Assembly (NCBI RefSeq): GCF_036321535.1
Contig: NC_087437.1
Coordinates: 33,730,001 to 33,794,000 of the forward strand
Direction: 5' to 3'
Source: Camelus dromedarius
Taxonomy: Eukaryota
Length of the DNA stretch: 64,000 nt
Positions 36,776 to 49,300 of the stretch are shown here, one piece after another; the first letter of the stretch is position 1, and every line of letters begins with the position of its first letter. Made by a program: the position numbers and the translations under genes. Under the pieces are notes generated by a model. That model was not told where the DNA came from and searched no databases. It saw only the letters and a list, made by a program, of their open reading frames with translations.

Positions 36776-37246
36776 AACCTGATAAGTTCAATTCAGATAT
36801 TCCTCTGTTTGAATCACAGATTGCTTAAACATATGTATTTACATTTCACACATGAAGGATTTTCACATTTCTTGTTTCATTTTACCTTCCTAGTAGCATG
36901 ATTCTGGATGGAGGACACAGTGAGACACATTAAGTGACTTTCCCGGGCTAATAAATTGAATGACAGAACCACAACTGGAACCAGCTGTTTCACCCTCATC
37001 ATGGCCTCCTCCAGCCCGGTTGCCACTCAGTGTCAGGGAGAGAACCGGTGCCATGGAGACGGTCTGAAATGGCTGGATCAAAGGGAGGAAGGGGCTCCAA
37101 ATCGCTCCGAATAGCGCTCCGCAGACTGCGTGGAGCAGAGAGCTTGTCTCTAGAGCAGATGCTGGTGGTCAGTGGGGTGGGACCACTGCAGAAACGCGTG
37201 GGCGGGGTAGGGTGAGCGGACTGCCCTCCTTCTCCTCACATTTCAG

Positions 37247-37375
37247 ATCCTAACCGTCCTTGTCACCAGCATCGCAGTGTTTCAAACCCCCACTCAGAGC
37301 GTGATTAAAGCTTGGTCTCTGTATGTGTAAAATACGGTGCCTGTTTGACAACAGCATCCCATAAAAACAAATTAG
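37247..37375 (+). other. Candidate internal non-coding exon (129 nt)
   Basis: Acceptor ctgccctccttctcctcacatttcag (ends 37246), consensus donor TAG|GTGAGT (37375/37376), stops in all three frames. Confidence 0.3.
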
Positions 37376-38099
37376 GTGAGTGCAGTAGTAATTCAGGTGC
37401 AAGATGTGAAATGAACCCAGTGTTAGGCAGAAAGACATGATAATGGTTTTAGGTGGAATTAACTTATGGCCTTCTGGGAGGCAGCCCTTTTTTCTAGCCC
37501 AAGCCCCTTTCACAGGCCATCCAGCTCCCCGCGTGGGCAGGCCCAGCACATCAGGGATCAGAAGAGCACGACCATGTTGGAAAACTACAAACATGCAACA
37601 GAAGGGCCTTTCCATTTTTGTTTAGCAAAGGGAAATGTAAAACATATATCAACTGATGTTACACCGAAATTCTTACTTGCTGACACATTTTCATAACTAT
37701 TAGGCCTGTGGAATTAGTCACTATAATGCATTCAGTTAGTTCAAATGAACTCCTGAAAGGAATTACATATTTGTTCATAAAGTAATTTATAATGAATTAT
37801 TAACAAGGCTTCAGTTCAGTGCATACATGGTTTATTTGCAAATTGAGATCGTCCTTCACTGAGCAGAGTCGTGTACCTACACCTGACAGTCCTACCATTT
37901 GGAATGAATGAATGAGCCAGTGCTTCATTGCCAAGAAAGAAAGGCAGTGAAGCTGTGGCTCCCTTTTCTCATGCGATTTCTCTGAGTTTCTGTACTTGCT
38001 GAGCTTCTGTTATAAAAAGGATGTGGGTTGCCAGAATATTTTGCATTCAACATTGTTTTTATTGAAGACTCTTCATTCATTGTTTCTAAATACAACTGG

Positions 38100-38720
38100 A
38101 ATTTCAACCCACCCCATGGCTTCAAATATAAATAATATGTTGTACTTTCCCCCTGAATTCCAGGTTGGGTTTCCATCCAGCTGCCCATCTCCATTAGGAT
38201 GTGTTATTGAGGCCTCAGTCTTACCGTGCCCACAGCAGATCTTCTCACTTCTACCCCAAAACTGCTTCTGATTTAACCATCTTGGTTACTGACAACTCTG
38301 TCCTTCTCATTATTCAGGCCAAAAACCTCAGAGCTTATCCTCCTCGACTTCTTTCGTTCCCTCACATCACATCTATGTATCCTTATATCCAATATTTCAT
38401 TTTAATCTATCTACAAAACATGTCAAGAATTTAATCTCATCTTGGCACCCCTAACACTATCTGACCCTGTTTTAATCTACCATCATCTCTTGGCTGGGTT
38501 ATTTTAGTAATCTCAAAACTTCCATCCCTCCTTCTGCTCTGGCTCCCCTTTGGTGTATTCTCAACGTCAGAATCAAAGTCAAAGTGTTTCTTTAAACAAC
38601 TAAGACACATCATAGAACTTCTCTGCTCAAAACCCTTTAATAGTTTTCCATCTCATTCAGTGTGCAAGCCAGATCTGGGTCCCATTACCAATCCCACCTC
38701 ATCTATTTCCATTCTCCCTG
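38100..38720 (+). mobile_element. L2 fragment
   Basis: 'ttcaggccaaaaacctcagag...ccatcatctcttggctgg...cttctctgctcaaaaccctt'. Confidence 0.75.
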
Positions 38721-38759
38721 TCACTGGCCTCTTGGATTAAATCCACGAATGAATGAATC

Positions 38760-38970
38760 ATGGGTGCTGCTTCTGGGTGTCAAGGTCAGTATAGCCCCAC
38801 AGGAAGAGCACAGACCCAGGGTTAAAATCCAGTGCACCCACTTAATAGTTTTCTTAGCCAAATTACTTAGTTTCTGCATTTCCTTAACTATAAAATGGAG
38901 ATAACACATACAGTGGTAACAAAATGAAAGAAGTTATATAAACCGCCTGCCATATATTTTATGGTCAATG
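38760..38970 (+). mobile_element. MIR fragment
   Basis: 'cagacccagggttaaaatcc...aaattacttag...tataaaatggagataa'. Confidence 0.6.
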
Positions 38971-39154
38971 CCGGGGAGGAGTTTTTAGTATCACTTCTTC
39001 ATCTTTCATGGAGATATCTGTTTATCATGGTATAGCTTTGAAGCTCATGTGGAGCAGAAACTATTTTACAAACTTTGAATAGCAGCAGCAAACACTGCTG
39101 AACATTTCACCTCTCATAAACCTCTTGGTATCTGTGATATAGTGAACTTGGCTA

Positions 39155-39420
39155 GTTCGTTTATTCATCCATTTGGCAAACATTTATTGAACGCTGACTT
39201 TGTGTGTCAGGCACTGTTCTTAACATAGGAAATATGGCAGTGGGAAAAAAAACCATAAAAATTCCTGCTCTCACAAAGCTGAAGTGTTAGTGCAAAGCAA
39301 CAAATTAATGAAGATAAGTGAGAAGAGTATTTAGTATTTGGAGGTAAGCGCCAAGTGAAAGATATAAAGCAGGCGAGGAGGATATGAAGAGGTGGGGTGA
39401 AGTCTTGGTAGGAGAGTCGG
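39155..39420 (-). mobile_element. L2 3' end
   Basis: 'ttattcatccatttggcaaacatttattgaacgct..tgtgtgtcaggcactgttcta/t..cctgctctcacaaagct'. Confidence 0.75.
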
Positions 39421-39499
39421 GAACAACCGCATCTTCTCTCTCTCAGACCGTTGCTGGGTCCCCCGGTGGCTCCTCTCTCTCTTTTGGAATCTCTGCCCA

Positions 39500-40230
39500 C
39501 AGCCCCTTCTCCAGTGCCCTGCACCCTCTGTGAGCGATTTCAGGACACCCTTTGACACCTTCACTTACCCAGTGATTGGCTTCCAAATCTTCACCTGGTC
39601 AGGGCAGACTCCCACTGCCTTCACTCCTGGACACCGCCACGTGCACGTCCGAAGTCGCGGTGTCTGGAATGAACTCATTCCTCTGCCCCCTTAACCCAGG
39701 CCTCCTCCTGACACTGCCTCCAACACTGGGCACTTCAGTGGACTTCACCTCCTCCCTCTGCTTCACTTGCTGGGGAGAATCAGACACGCAGCGGGTCAGA
39801 CCTACTCCATAATGTCTCTCGAATCCTCCGCCTCCTCTCAGTCATCTTCATGTCCCTGAACTCAACGTTACCTTTCATGGGAAATTACATTCTAAAACCT
39901 TTTCTCTGTCTCCACCTCCCCAACCCATCTTCCACCCTGCTGCTGGATACGTTTCTTAAAAGTGGAAATTTGATCACATCCCTCATTTGTCCCAAGATGC
40001 TCTCCTTTTGCCTGTAATATAATCCCTAGCCCCGGCAATAAACATGCCCCACCGGCTGACCCCAGACTTCCTTTCCGTCTTCGTCTCACCCTCCACAGCC
40101 CTCCCCAGGCTCCCGTCTTTGTGGTCTTGCCCACTGGTCCTGCTCATTCCAGCCTAAGCCCCTGCTTGCCATGGCCATCATCAGAAAAGCCTTCACGTCT
40201 CCCATCTATCCAGGCCCCACTCATCACGTT
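39500..40230 (+). mobile_element. L2 fragment
   Basis: 'aatgtctctcgaatcctccgcctcctctc...tttcttaaaagtggaaatttgatcacatc'. Confidence 0.55.
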
Positions 40231-40234
40231 AGCC

Positions 40235-41008
40235 ACTGATCCCCAAAGTGACCTGTGTGCACTGCTGGGGATGCACAAGAGAATCCACTGAGGGGCAGAA
40301 TTAGAAAAGAAAATTCCATTTCCACTTATTTGTTATACTGAGCTTTACTAATACGTAACATGCGCACTGATGCTGGCGGCCCACTCGGGTGGTATAGTAG
40401 GAGGTGTTCTGAGGGAAAGGGGACTGTGTTGGGGGCTCTCGGTTACTCACGGTTCCAGCATATTGTGGAAAATGCTAGTCTAAATGTGCCTGATTATGTG
40501 GTTTTATGGCTTATATTCTAAGAAGAAGGAGAACTTTATTATACTTGATCCTGAGATGAGCAATGATCATAAAACCTTTTTATTATACATAAGATTGGGG
40601 AAAAGAGTTGGCAAGTTTAAAGCTGAGTTGGCTTTTTCCTTTCAAAAAAGATAAGTATTCTGAAATCTCTGGCCTTTTCTGTGAGGAAAAATGGTTGTCA
40701 GGACCCTGCTCCCCTGCAGATACTTTAAAAGGGATAAAGAAGTACACACCTTCAAAAAAAGATGATATTTGGATCATGAGTGAAAAATGAACTGTTTGTC
40801 CAAATAAATTTTGCCACACAGATGGCATTTTAAGACTGGAAGTGTAGAGGTGTTTTCACTGTTAAAAGATACTACTGCTGATAGAACGTGTGTCATGTGT
40901 TAAAATGCCTCAGCTATACACTTAAAAACTTAGAATTTAATTTTCTAACCTGCTTTAGAATTTTCCAAATAAACAATTCCAATGGGTTTTTTTTAAACCC
41001 ATTTGCGT

Positions 41009-41043
<35 letters not shown>

Positions 41044-41240
41044 TATCCCACAACAGAATCTAAATAGTTGCCAACAATAAATGATTGAATTCAGTGGAGT
41101 ACATATTCAGGGAAGGTAGGCAATTAAAAAAATAGAAAACTTTTGCATAACTGGTGGGAGGGATTGGAAAAAGACTTAGTAAGTGCAGATATCAATGCAC
41201 TTTTCCATTTGGAACTGCACATTTTTGAGCAAATATTCAG
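40235..41240 (+). mobile_element. hAT (Charlie/Buster-type) DNA transposon with fossil transposase
   Basis: TIR-like start 'cactgatccccaaagtg'. Degenerate peptides LFCEEKWLS..ADT..MSEK (ORF 40608-40790), WV.LNPF (~40983-41004, frameshifted) and LHNWW.GL..DLVS..PFGT.HF.EQIFS (41143-41241) follow the order of Charlie transposase motifs. Confidence 0.75.
41011..41042. repeat. (GT)16 microsatellite
   Basis: Perfect dinucleotide run. Confidence 0.95.
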
Positions 41241-41244
41241 TGGT

Positions 41245-41730
41245 GCTTTGTTAGCAATTGCAACAAAGATGAATGAACCTAAATGTATATCACTATGGAA
41301 ATGGACAAATAAATTGTGGTCTAGTCACACAGTGTAATTCTCTACAACTGCAAAAATGAGGGAACTAGAGCTATATGCAATCATCTGGATAATTTTCAAA
41401 TACATTGAGCAAAAACAAGAAGCAAATTGCAGAAGATCATATATATGTCATTTAAGAACCTACAAAATAGTATCAAACGCTGAGTTTGTTGTTTTAGGTC
41501 TGCCCACATGTAATAAAAGTAGAACCACATACATGGGGCTGAGGCACACCGAATTTAGATAATAATTGCTTCTGGAGGAGAGGAGGGGGAATGGGATCTG
41601 GTGAGGGTCCTGGAAGAGCTTTAATGGTTATTTTTGTTTGATCACTCACCTTGGTGGTGGGTACATGGGTTTTTCCTTTTATTTTTCTCTTTGCTTTTAT
41701 GTACACCTGAAATATTTCATAATGAAAAAT
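41245..41730 (+). mobile_element. L1ME-like 3' end
   Basis: 'aacctaaatgtatatcactatggaaatggacaaataaattgtggt...ctgaaatatttcataat'. Confidence 0.75.
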
Positions 41731-43299
41731 GCTTTCTTCTATTGAAGATGGTTTTCTTTTAAAATCCCTTTGAGGAAGTTACAACAATGACAAATTTGTA
41801 GACATATCCATGACAAAACCATTCTGAGACGCCTCATTAATTCTAGAAAGCTGGCATGAAACTGCTCTGGCTTTCTGGAAGTGTGGGTTCTCATGTTTTT
41901 CTAACCACTGAGGGAACTCCCTCAAAGTGTTAAATGTGAACCACCAGCAGGCTAAACAACCTAGAGGAATACAACCTTTCAGGATTTAAAAGCGGGTGGA
42001 AATGTAGAGGTGGGGGTGGGAGCTGGTCAGTGTTTTCCACTTTTAAGCATCTTTCTATGTTCCTCCAATAATTTCTAGTACCACAATGTCTTCCAGATCC
42101 ATAAGAAAATCAAACAAAAATGCATTAGTAATGATAAAACAATCCATTCTCATTAAATCGTCTCCAGGTTGATTTCAGATTTGATTTTCCAAAATACCTA
42201 AGAAAAAAATTTGGTAGAAAATCTACATGTCTAAGCCAAGATAATGAAAGATTTCTGTTTGTTTAACTGGGGGAAATATTTGTTTTCAATTTATTTAATA
42301 GATGACTTCCACTTAAGAAACCAAACTCTATAATGCTAACATTGTTCACCTATGTCTTAGAGCTCAAGAAGCAATTGTTAATAAAACAAAACATTACCAA
42401 CTTAGCAGAGAGAGTTCAAGTTGCATGGCTTATGGTTGAATGAGGTGAAATGAGTGAGTTCCAAAAAATAGATTCGAAGTCTATTAAAAGAGCCATTTTA
42501 GCCTCTTTAAAATAAAAAAGGAGTAACAATTAAAGGAAGCTTTGGGGTATATGATGTAAAGGGGAGAGAATTTGTGGTCAGAAGTATCCAATTATAGGCA
42601 TGACCTGGACAGGTCATTATAACTTTGCTTAGCTTCACTTCCTCACTTGTAAAATGATAATAGCAAGATTATTTTGAGGATCAAGTAAAAAAAATGTGAC
42701 TTCATTATTATATACCACTACTTGATTTTTTAAATGCCAATTTTCCTAAATGCCCAGAAGATCCCAATATAAGTTCAAAAGCTCCCAAGAACTCATTGTT
42801 GTTTTCTGAATTACTGTACTTAATCATCTCTAAATTATTTAGAACAAAAATCACAGAAGACTCACTTTCCATAGATAAAATACTAAAAAAAAATTTTTAG
42901 GAAAAAAAACTTTAGGGAAAAGAAAATTTTGTTGGAAAATAATTAACAGCATCCGGTTAATGGTTCCCATTTTCTTTCTTTTCTGTTAAAGTAAAATATG
43001 AATGTTTTTAGTGCTCCAGGTTTAAATAAATTTGAGTTTATATGAAAAAATATATGGTCATAAAAAAGCTACAAGCCTTGAGGTTGGAAAAACAGCATCT
43101 TAGATACTGAGTTTCAGGGGTTAGGAGGAGGGTAATGGGTATTTACTCTCTGTAAAGACAGAGAGCAGGTCCTCAAGGCATTTTCAGTCATGTGAAAAAG
43201 ACAAACATATACATGAAATTAAACACCGTTGGGGTCCAGGGCCACCACCTACATTATGTAGCTGGGGCACAGCCTGACACCACATTGGGGCATGTATGA

Positions 43300-43700
43300 G
43301 CTATTTGCTTACACGGGGAACCATAGGTGTGCTGTTGCCGGGCTACGCATGTGAGAAACACACAATCTCCCTCATCAAAGAACTGGCAGCTCAGTGGAGA
43401 AGACAGCACGACAACAGACACAGAGGCAGATCCGTACCAAGTAGTTGAGAGTGCAGCGACAGCCACAGAACATAACGGAGCTGAGGGCTCGCGGGGAAAC
43501 TGAGCCTCGCTGATCCTGAAGCATGAGGGGCAAGCAGTTTCCGAGGAAAGGTAGGACAGGAGCTTTCCAGGCCGATGGGCAGTCACGGCTGAGGTACAGA
43601 GACAAGAAAGAGTCCGGCGTAGTCCTGGAGCTGCAAGGAGCCTGGTGTTAGGAGACTCTATGGCGTGAAGCACTGGGCAGTAAATATGCACCAGCTCACA
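43300..43700 (-). mobile_element. L2 fragment, unusually CpG-rich
   Basis: 'ctccctcatcaaagaactggcagctcagtggagaagacag...ctgatcctgaagcatgag...tttccaggccgatgggcag..ggagctgcaagg' follows antisense L2. Confidence 0.6.
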
Positions 43701-44059
43701 AAGCCAGGTGTGGCTTGGGTGACGTGGTCTAGCATTACAGCCGCGGATGTGCCCACCAGCTTCAGAATTGCCCACGTCGATGAAGACCTGTCTCCCACAG
43801 GTACCCTATCTAGCCCTTAGGTCAGCCTAGAGCTTGATGCTTTACTTGGGACCATTTCTGTCTTCCAGTGCACCTGCCATTGGACTTACTAGTCCTTCAC
43901 TCACTACTTTCTTTTTTGGTTCATGAGTACTTCCTTCTATCATGTACCACTGACCGTTTAACTAACTCTCCATCCCAATGAATTAGACCTAGAGCTTCCT
44001 TAGGTAGTTTTACAACATGCCATCAGCATACAAATCATCTCTTTCATCTATTTGTGTTC

Positions 44060-44370
44060 ACCTAATCACAGAAGCAGTGTAGTGCATCATAATTTACTTA
44101 CCCAGTGTGCTATTGTTAGACATTTTGGTTTTTTTCACTATTTACTACCATAAGTAGTATGAGATGAACAGCCTTGTATGAACTAAACCTGTGCCATTCA
44201 TTTAACATCTGTGATTTTCTCCTGAGGATAAATTTACAGACATATAATTGTTCAGTGAAAAATGCATTTATTAAAAATTTTTTTAACATATTGCCAAACT
44301 GCTCTTGGTAAAAGTTGCTCCAGTTTTCCCTCCTACCCTTGTGTAAGGAAAGGGCCAATTTCTCTGTTTT
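44060..44370 (-). mobile_element. L1ME-like fragment
   Basis: 'gttagacattttggtt...acatattgccaaactgctct'. Confidence 0.65.
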
Positions 44371-44599
44371 CCTAGTTATTTTTTAATAGACATAACTAGG
44401 CTGGGTCTGCAAAGTGGCCCCGTGTCTCCCTCGGGCATGTTCAGTCAGCATACAGAAGATCCTATGGGACGATTAGAGGACAGATATTCGTATCCTGATT
44501 AAAGGAAATACACTCATCTATTGAGAAATTCAGTTGTGGAAACTCCACAGTAGCAAGCAATCAGAGACAAAGCCCTTTTAGTGCTGCTTCTCCTAGATC

Positions 44600-44890
44600 A
44601 GTATTTGGTCCATGCAAACAGCAGGCATGGCTTCTTTGGCCCATGTTTTAAAATTGGGAAATTGAACATAAAAATCTAGATTTACGGTTTCTCTAAGGAA
44701 AAAAAAAAAAAATGAGACATCTGGAAACGCTATGCCACAAGGCACAACCAACAAGCGCTAAGAACTGCTGCCCCTTTAGACAGAGGCGGTCCCTCCCGGC
44801 GACCACATGCATAATCTGCCTGTCTGGCTTCACTCGTTTATGTTACCTGCCTGATCCCTGCCAGCATTTGAATTTGAAATGCCACCCTGA
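44600..44890 (-). mobile_element. MER102 (hAT-Charlie) DNA transposon
   Basis: 'acataaaaatctagattt...ctgcccctttagacagagg...gcttcactcgtttatgttacctgcctg..gcatttgaatttg' is the reverse complement of MER102. Confidence 0.8.
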
Positions 44891-45884
44891 GTACTGTTTC
44901 TGCACTGAAATAATAGTAGAATTCTGTTGGAACAGAATCTTAACAGAGATTTAGGTATACTGAAAAGCAAGCCATGACCTCTGATGAAATACATCAACCC
45001 TAGCAGGGCTTCTGAGTCGCTGCGTCGCCTGCAGTTCACTATAAAGAGATTTTACCATAATATGTTTACATAAATATATAGATAATTTGTGTATGAAACA
45101 TGCATGCCTACAAATATAATTGCTAATCTATTATTAGAAATGTATGCAACAATAGACTTCAAACAAGAAATACAAGGATTTTGTTCACATATACTTTCCA
45201 ATTTAATTCAAACTCAAACTGCAGTAAGCTTACTTGGAAAAATAATAGCCAATTAAAAATTTTAAATATCTAGCCCATGATCTGAGGACAGAATTATGTT
45301 CATTTCAGTAAGTTCAAAAGCGTAATTAGACATATATCTACGCATGGTGTCAGAATTCTGCAAGCAGTTAGTTATGCAAGACCATGCAGGAATTAAAGCC
45401 TGTGAAATGTGTTCCGAAATCTTTTCAACTGCAACATAAATACAACCATGTGGAGTAAAGATGGCAAAACCCCCAGGAGAAATCTGAACAAATGATAGGA
45501 GTATATGCACATACCTTTGTTCAGAAGAAATAGAGCTGAGGTTTTATTTTAGTAAATCTTAGTTAAACATATCAAGAGGATTTATGCTAAGGTTGGCAAG
45601 TGATATAGAGTTCTTTTAAAGCACAAGGCATGGGTCTTAAGATGTCCTATATAAAGTGATTTATATGACAAGTAAGAAAGAGAATGTTTTAAAGGTTTGT
45701 TTTATTTCAATGACTTTTAAGATAAAAATAAATGCCTTCTTCACCAAGGCATCTATTGCCCTGTGAATACATATACACAGTAGCGATAGATTAGATGAAG
45801 AATTTAGAAATGTGCCCAATATGGTTAACTTAAAACACCGTAGTGTCTACTCTACTAGTTTTCCAGATCTTAATATCCACTTTA

Positions 45885-46380
45885 GTTTTTTCATTCTTAT
45901 TTATCAAGGAGAACTTCAAACATATACAAAAATAGAGTAGCATAAGGAACCTCCATTTACCCATCACCCAGCCTCAATGACCATCAAATGTTGGCCAATC
46001 ACTTGATGCTGTACCCAAGCCCCCAACCACCTTGCCCCTTCAGTATTAAATTGAAACAAATCCCAGATATCATAACATTTAATCCATAGATGTTTCAGTA
46101 TGACTCTTTAAAAGATGAGGACCCTTTTTTTCTTAAACATAACCATACTACCATTATCACACCTGAAAATAAGAAATAAGTCCTCAGTATTGTCAAATAT
46201 ACTAGTAGTGTTCAGACTTCCAAATGCCTCATAAGTGTCATAATTTTTATTGCTTATTTTAAAATCAGGTTTCAAATAAGGTAGTTACATGGTAGTTGCT
46301 GCTTTGCCTTTTATGTTGCTTCATGTTGTGAGGGTCCTCCTCCACCTCTTTTTTCTTCAAATTTATTTCATAAAGCAAAT
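45885..46380 (-). mobile_element. L1MC-type 3' end
   Basis: 'ttcaaacatatacaaaaatagag...acccatcacccagcctcaa...aaatcccagatatcat...ccattatcacacct'. Confidence 0.8.
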
Positions 46381-49300
46381 TAGGTTTTAAAGTAAAAAAA
46401 CTATAGGAAATAAAATTAAAACTTGGTTTTTGTCTTTCAAAAAATTAGTATCTGATTGCAACGGGGAAAGGGGGATCAGTGTATGGTAGCATACGTGTTA
46501 GGCATAACTCTCGTCCTTGAGTTCTGAGTAATACCATAACGGTCATAGCAAACATTTGTCTAATACAGTTAATGAACTGAACTGGGAATGTTAGGTGTGT
46601 GGGGAGGTGCTTGGTAAATTCAGGCAGCAGTTAGCTGAAGTTCTTAGTGTACTAAGGCTGTGCAGACACAGGGTAATGAGGAGAAGACGCTGGAAAGGAA
46701 GGAGGCAGAGTTATATGTCATCTGCAGTTTGCCTTGGCTTAAAATAAACAAGGTGCCCTCTTTGGACTGAAGTAGTACTAGGCCCTCAGAGCAGCAGCGC
46801 TTGACCCGACAGCCCGGATTTCCTTGTGGGCATGCCCAGGGTGGACCGGGACGTGTGGGCATCCTGGATGGGCTAGTAGTTTGAGGCCCCCTTAAATGGT
46901 GATTTTTCACATATTTGCGCAACATTTATCTAATGAACATGTGTGAAAAAATATTTTCTATGAATAAAAATTGCAGACCTTTTTGTTCAAATTCAGTCTG
47001 AGGTATTTATTTCATTCTTGATATACCACCATATTTTAACATGTTTGGAATTGTTCATGTCACAATTTTTCTACCACTCATAACTGGATAGTTATGGATA
47101 GTTAGTCATCAAACTCACTGAAAATAAGCTTCACTTCCATGAGTATGCCCCAAGTGTATTCAGATTTTCTTTTCTTCTGGACATCATATTGGCAAAATAT
47201 TTTTCACTTTTCTCTCTTTGACTTTTATCCGTATTTTACTGAGTGAGGCAACTTCTTGAGAAATGTATCAAAGGCTATAAAGTTGGTAAATGAAATAAAT
47301 ACTCTGTCCCTAGGGAGCATCACCAGTGTATGCTTTATCCAGTTTCTGTTTCAGCTAACCACCATTTCTGAGTAGGGGACTGTCAGCTGGTAGGTTGTAG
47401 GACAGTGGACGCAGGCCTGTGGTCCCAGCATCCACAGCAGACACAGGCTGTATGGGGGAGAAGTGTCCTCTTGTGCTTTTAGAGAGAGCAGTTTTCCAGC
47501 TGATGCTGACAGTGACATCTTGACAGTTTTGTAAGGTGTGGCCTGTGGGAACCTGGGTTAGTCCAATCATTTTATGGAGAAAACTGAGTGTTCTGAATAG
47601 CCCCAGTCTCTTTCCCTACTGCAACCTCTGTGTACACTGCTGTGCAGTCTAGACTGGCAGTCCAGGACTGTAGCTTGTCAGGGTAGAAGAGTGAGGAAGA
47701 GGGGGTCTCTTTACCAGTATTAAACTCTGCCTTGATTACTTTATGTCATTGTACTCCTGGGTCCCAATATTATATTTTCTCAGTTAATTCACACCCCTAC
47801 CTTCATTCCACCCACCACCCCTCCATCTCCCACAGAGCTACATTTTCCCAGTGCCAGGTTTCTGATTCTCACTAGCAAATATATCAAGAATCAATTCTTT
47901 GTTCAGATGCCCTCATTCTTAGGGTAAATTTCCTTTCAGAACTTTCTGGGATCATCTCTTGATAACTGATCGCTGTCAGGGCCACTTCCTTGCAAGAGAA
48001 GCATTGAACCTCAGGGCAGGAGGCATCCGTCTTAATCCCTCTCCTCCAAGGAGATTCCTTGGCTTCCATGCAAACGTCCTCTGTCCCCTCCTCACCACAA
48101 CGAAGGAGGATGGGAAAACAGGGCCTCTGTCAGGCCAACAGCTGTCTGGTTACTGTCTTCTCCAGGACAACACCACTTGCCTTTCACGTCCAGAAGTAAA
48201 AGGGGCCACTAAAGGGTATTCTTCCAATAGAAACCTCTGCCCCCAAGGTAATGTTAATAAACGAATGACTAAATGACCAAACAAAACAAACTCTCCCAGC
48301 TGTGAGCATGTGTGCATTCAGTGCTGGCAATTCCCACTGAATTAAACTGTTTATTATCGCATGCTCCTTGGTGTACTCATCTTCTAAAACTGTTAGAAGC
48401 TTTGTTTTAGAATTAAAGTGTCAACCACCTATTAATAAAGAATTTTTGACAGGGTAAGAAGAGCTTGAGTTTAGGTATGGCCAGTTGTTACCCACCTTAA
48501 GTGGGACAGAAAATCTATTATACTAATGTGCCTTTGGAGTACGCAAATTTTTTAAATAAATTGTTTGTGAATTAAGTGGGTTTTAATTGGGGAGGGTGAG
48601 TGATGTCCAGTGTGATTGATCTTATTAAAAGAATAAATCTTTCATGCGTGAAGTTTTAATATTTCAACCAGGAGATTAGCACTCTTACATTGCAAATCTC
48701 ATTTAAATTGTTTGCCAAGGGCTTGAATTAAAAACAAGTTATGATAATATAAAGTCATCATGGCCAAAAACCAGTGATAGATAACTTTCAGTGGGTTTCA
48801 GGATAATTGTTCATCCAACAAAATGGTTTCCAAGTCAAATTTGATACATCTGTTCAAGACAATGCTTAGTGATGTGCTAATTACCTTCAGTAGTTTATTA
48901 CTTTTAAAAAGTGTTAAAATTAGTTATATCTAGAGAAGGAACTCCGATTCCTTTGTTGCGATGAATAATGCAAAGGTTTGTTTAAATTCATGCAGTCCTA
49001 TTTATAAAAGAACACCTGGGTAGCTTTATTTTGAGCTTAGAACAAAACATAAAATTGTTGAGAACATGATATTTAAATGTACTCATTTACATTCTTAGGC
49101 AGATCAGCAGTGGTAAAATCGCCTTGCTGAGGATATGGGAATCTAGATCAGGGGTGCTCTAACAACCAGTGGCCTTCAATGAGGGGGAAAGGAGGAGAAT
49201 GAGAAGACATCAGGATGCTGGTACTGAGCCCCTCCCCCTGGCGGAAGGAAAGAGGGCCAGGTGCCCATCTTCCTGTTAGTCATGGCAGAAAGGGAAAGAC

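Noticed and set aside
43254..43775. 173-aa minus-strand ORF
   Set aside because: Lies on an L2 remnant with elevated GC; no protein similarity recognised.
47645..47670. Palindromic SMAD element GTCTAGAC and an adjacent palindrome (also GTCTAGAC at 12702)
   Set aside because: An 8-mer is expected about once per window of this size, and there is no supporting context.
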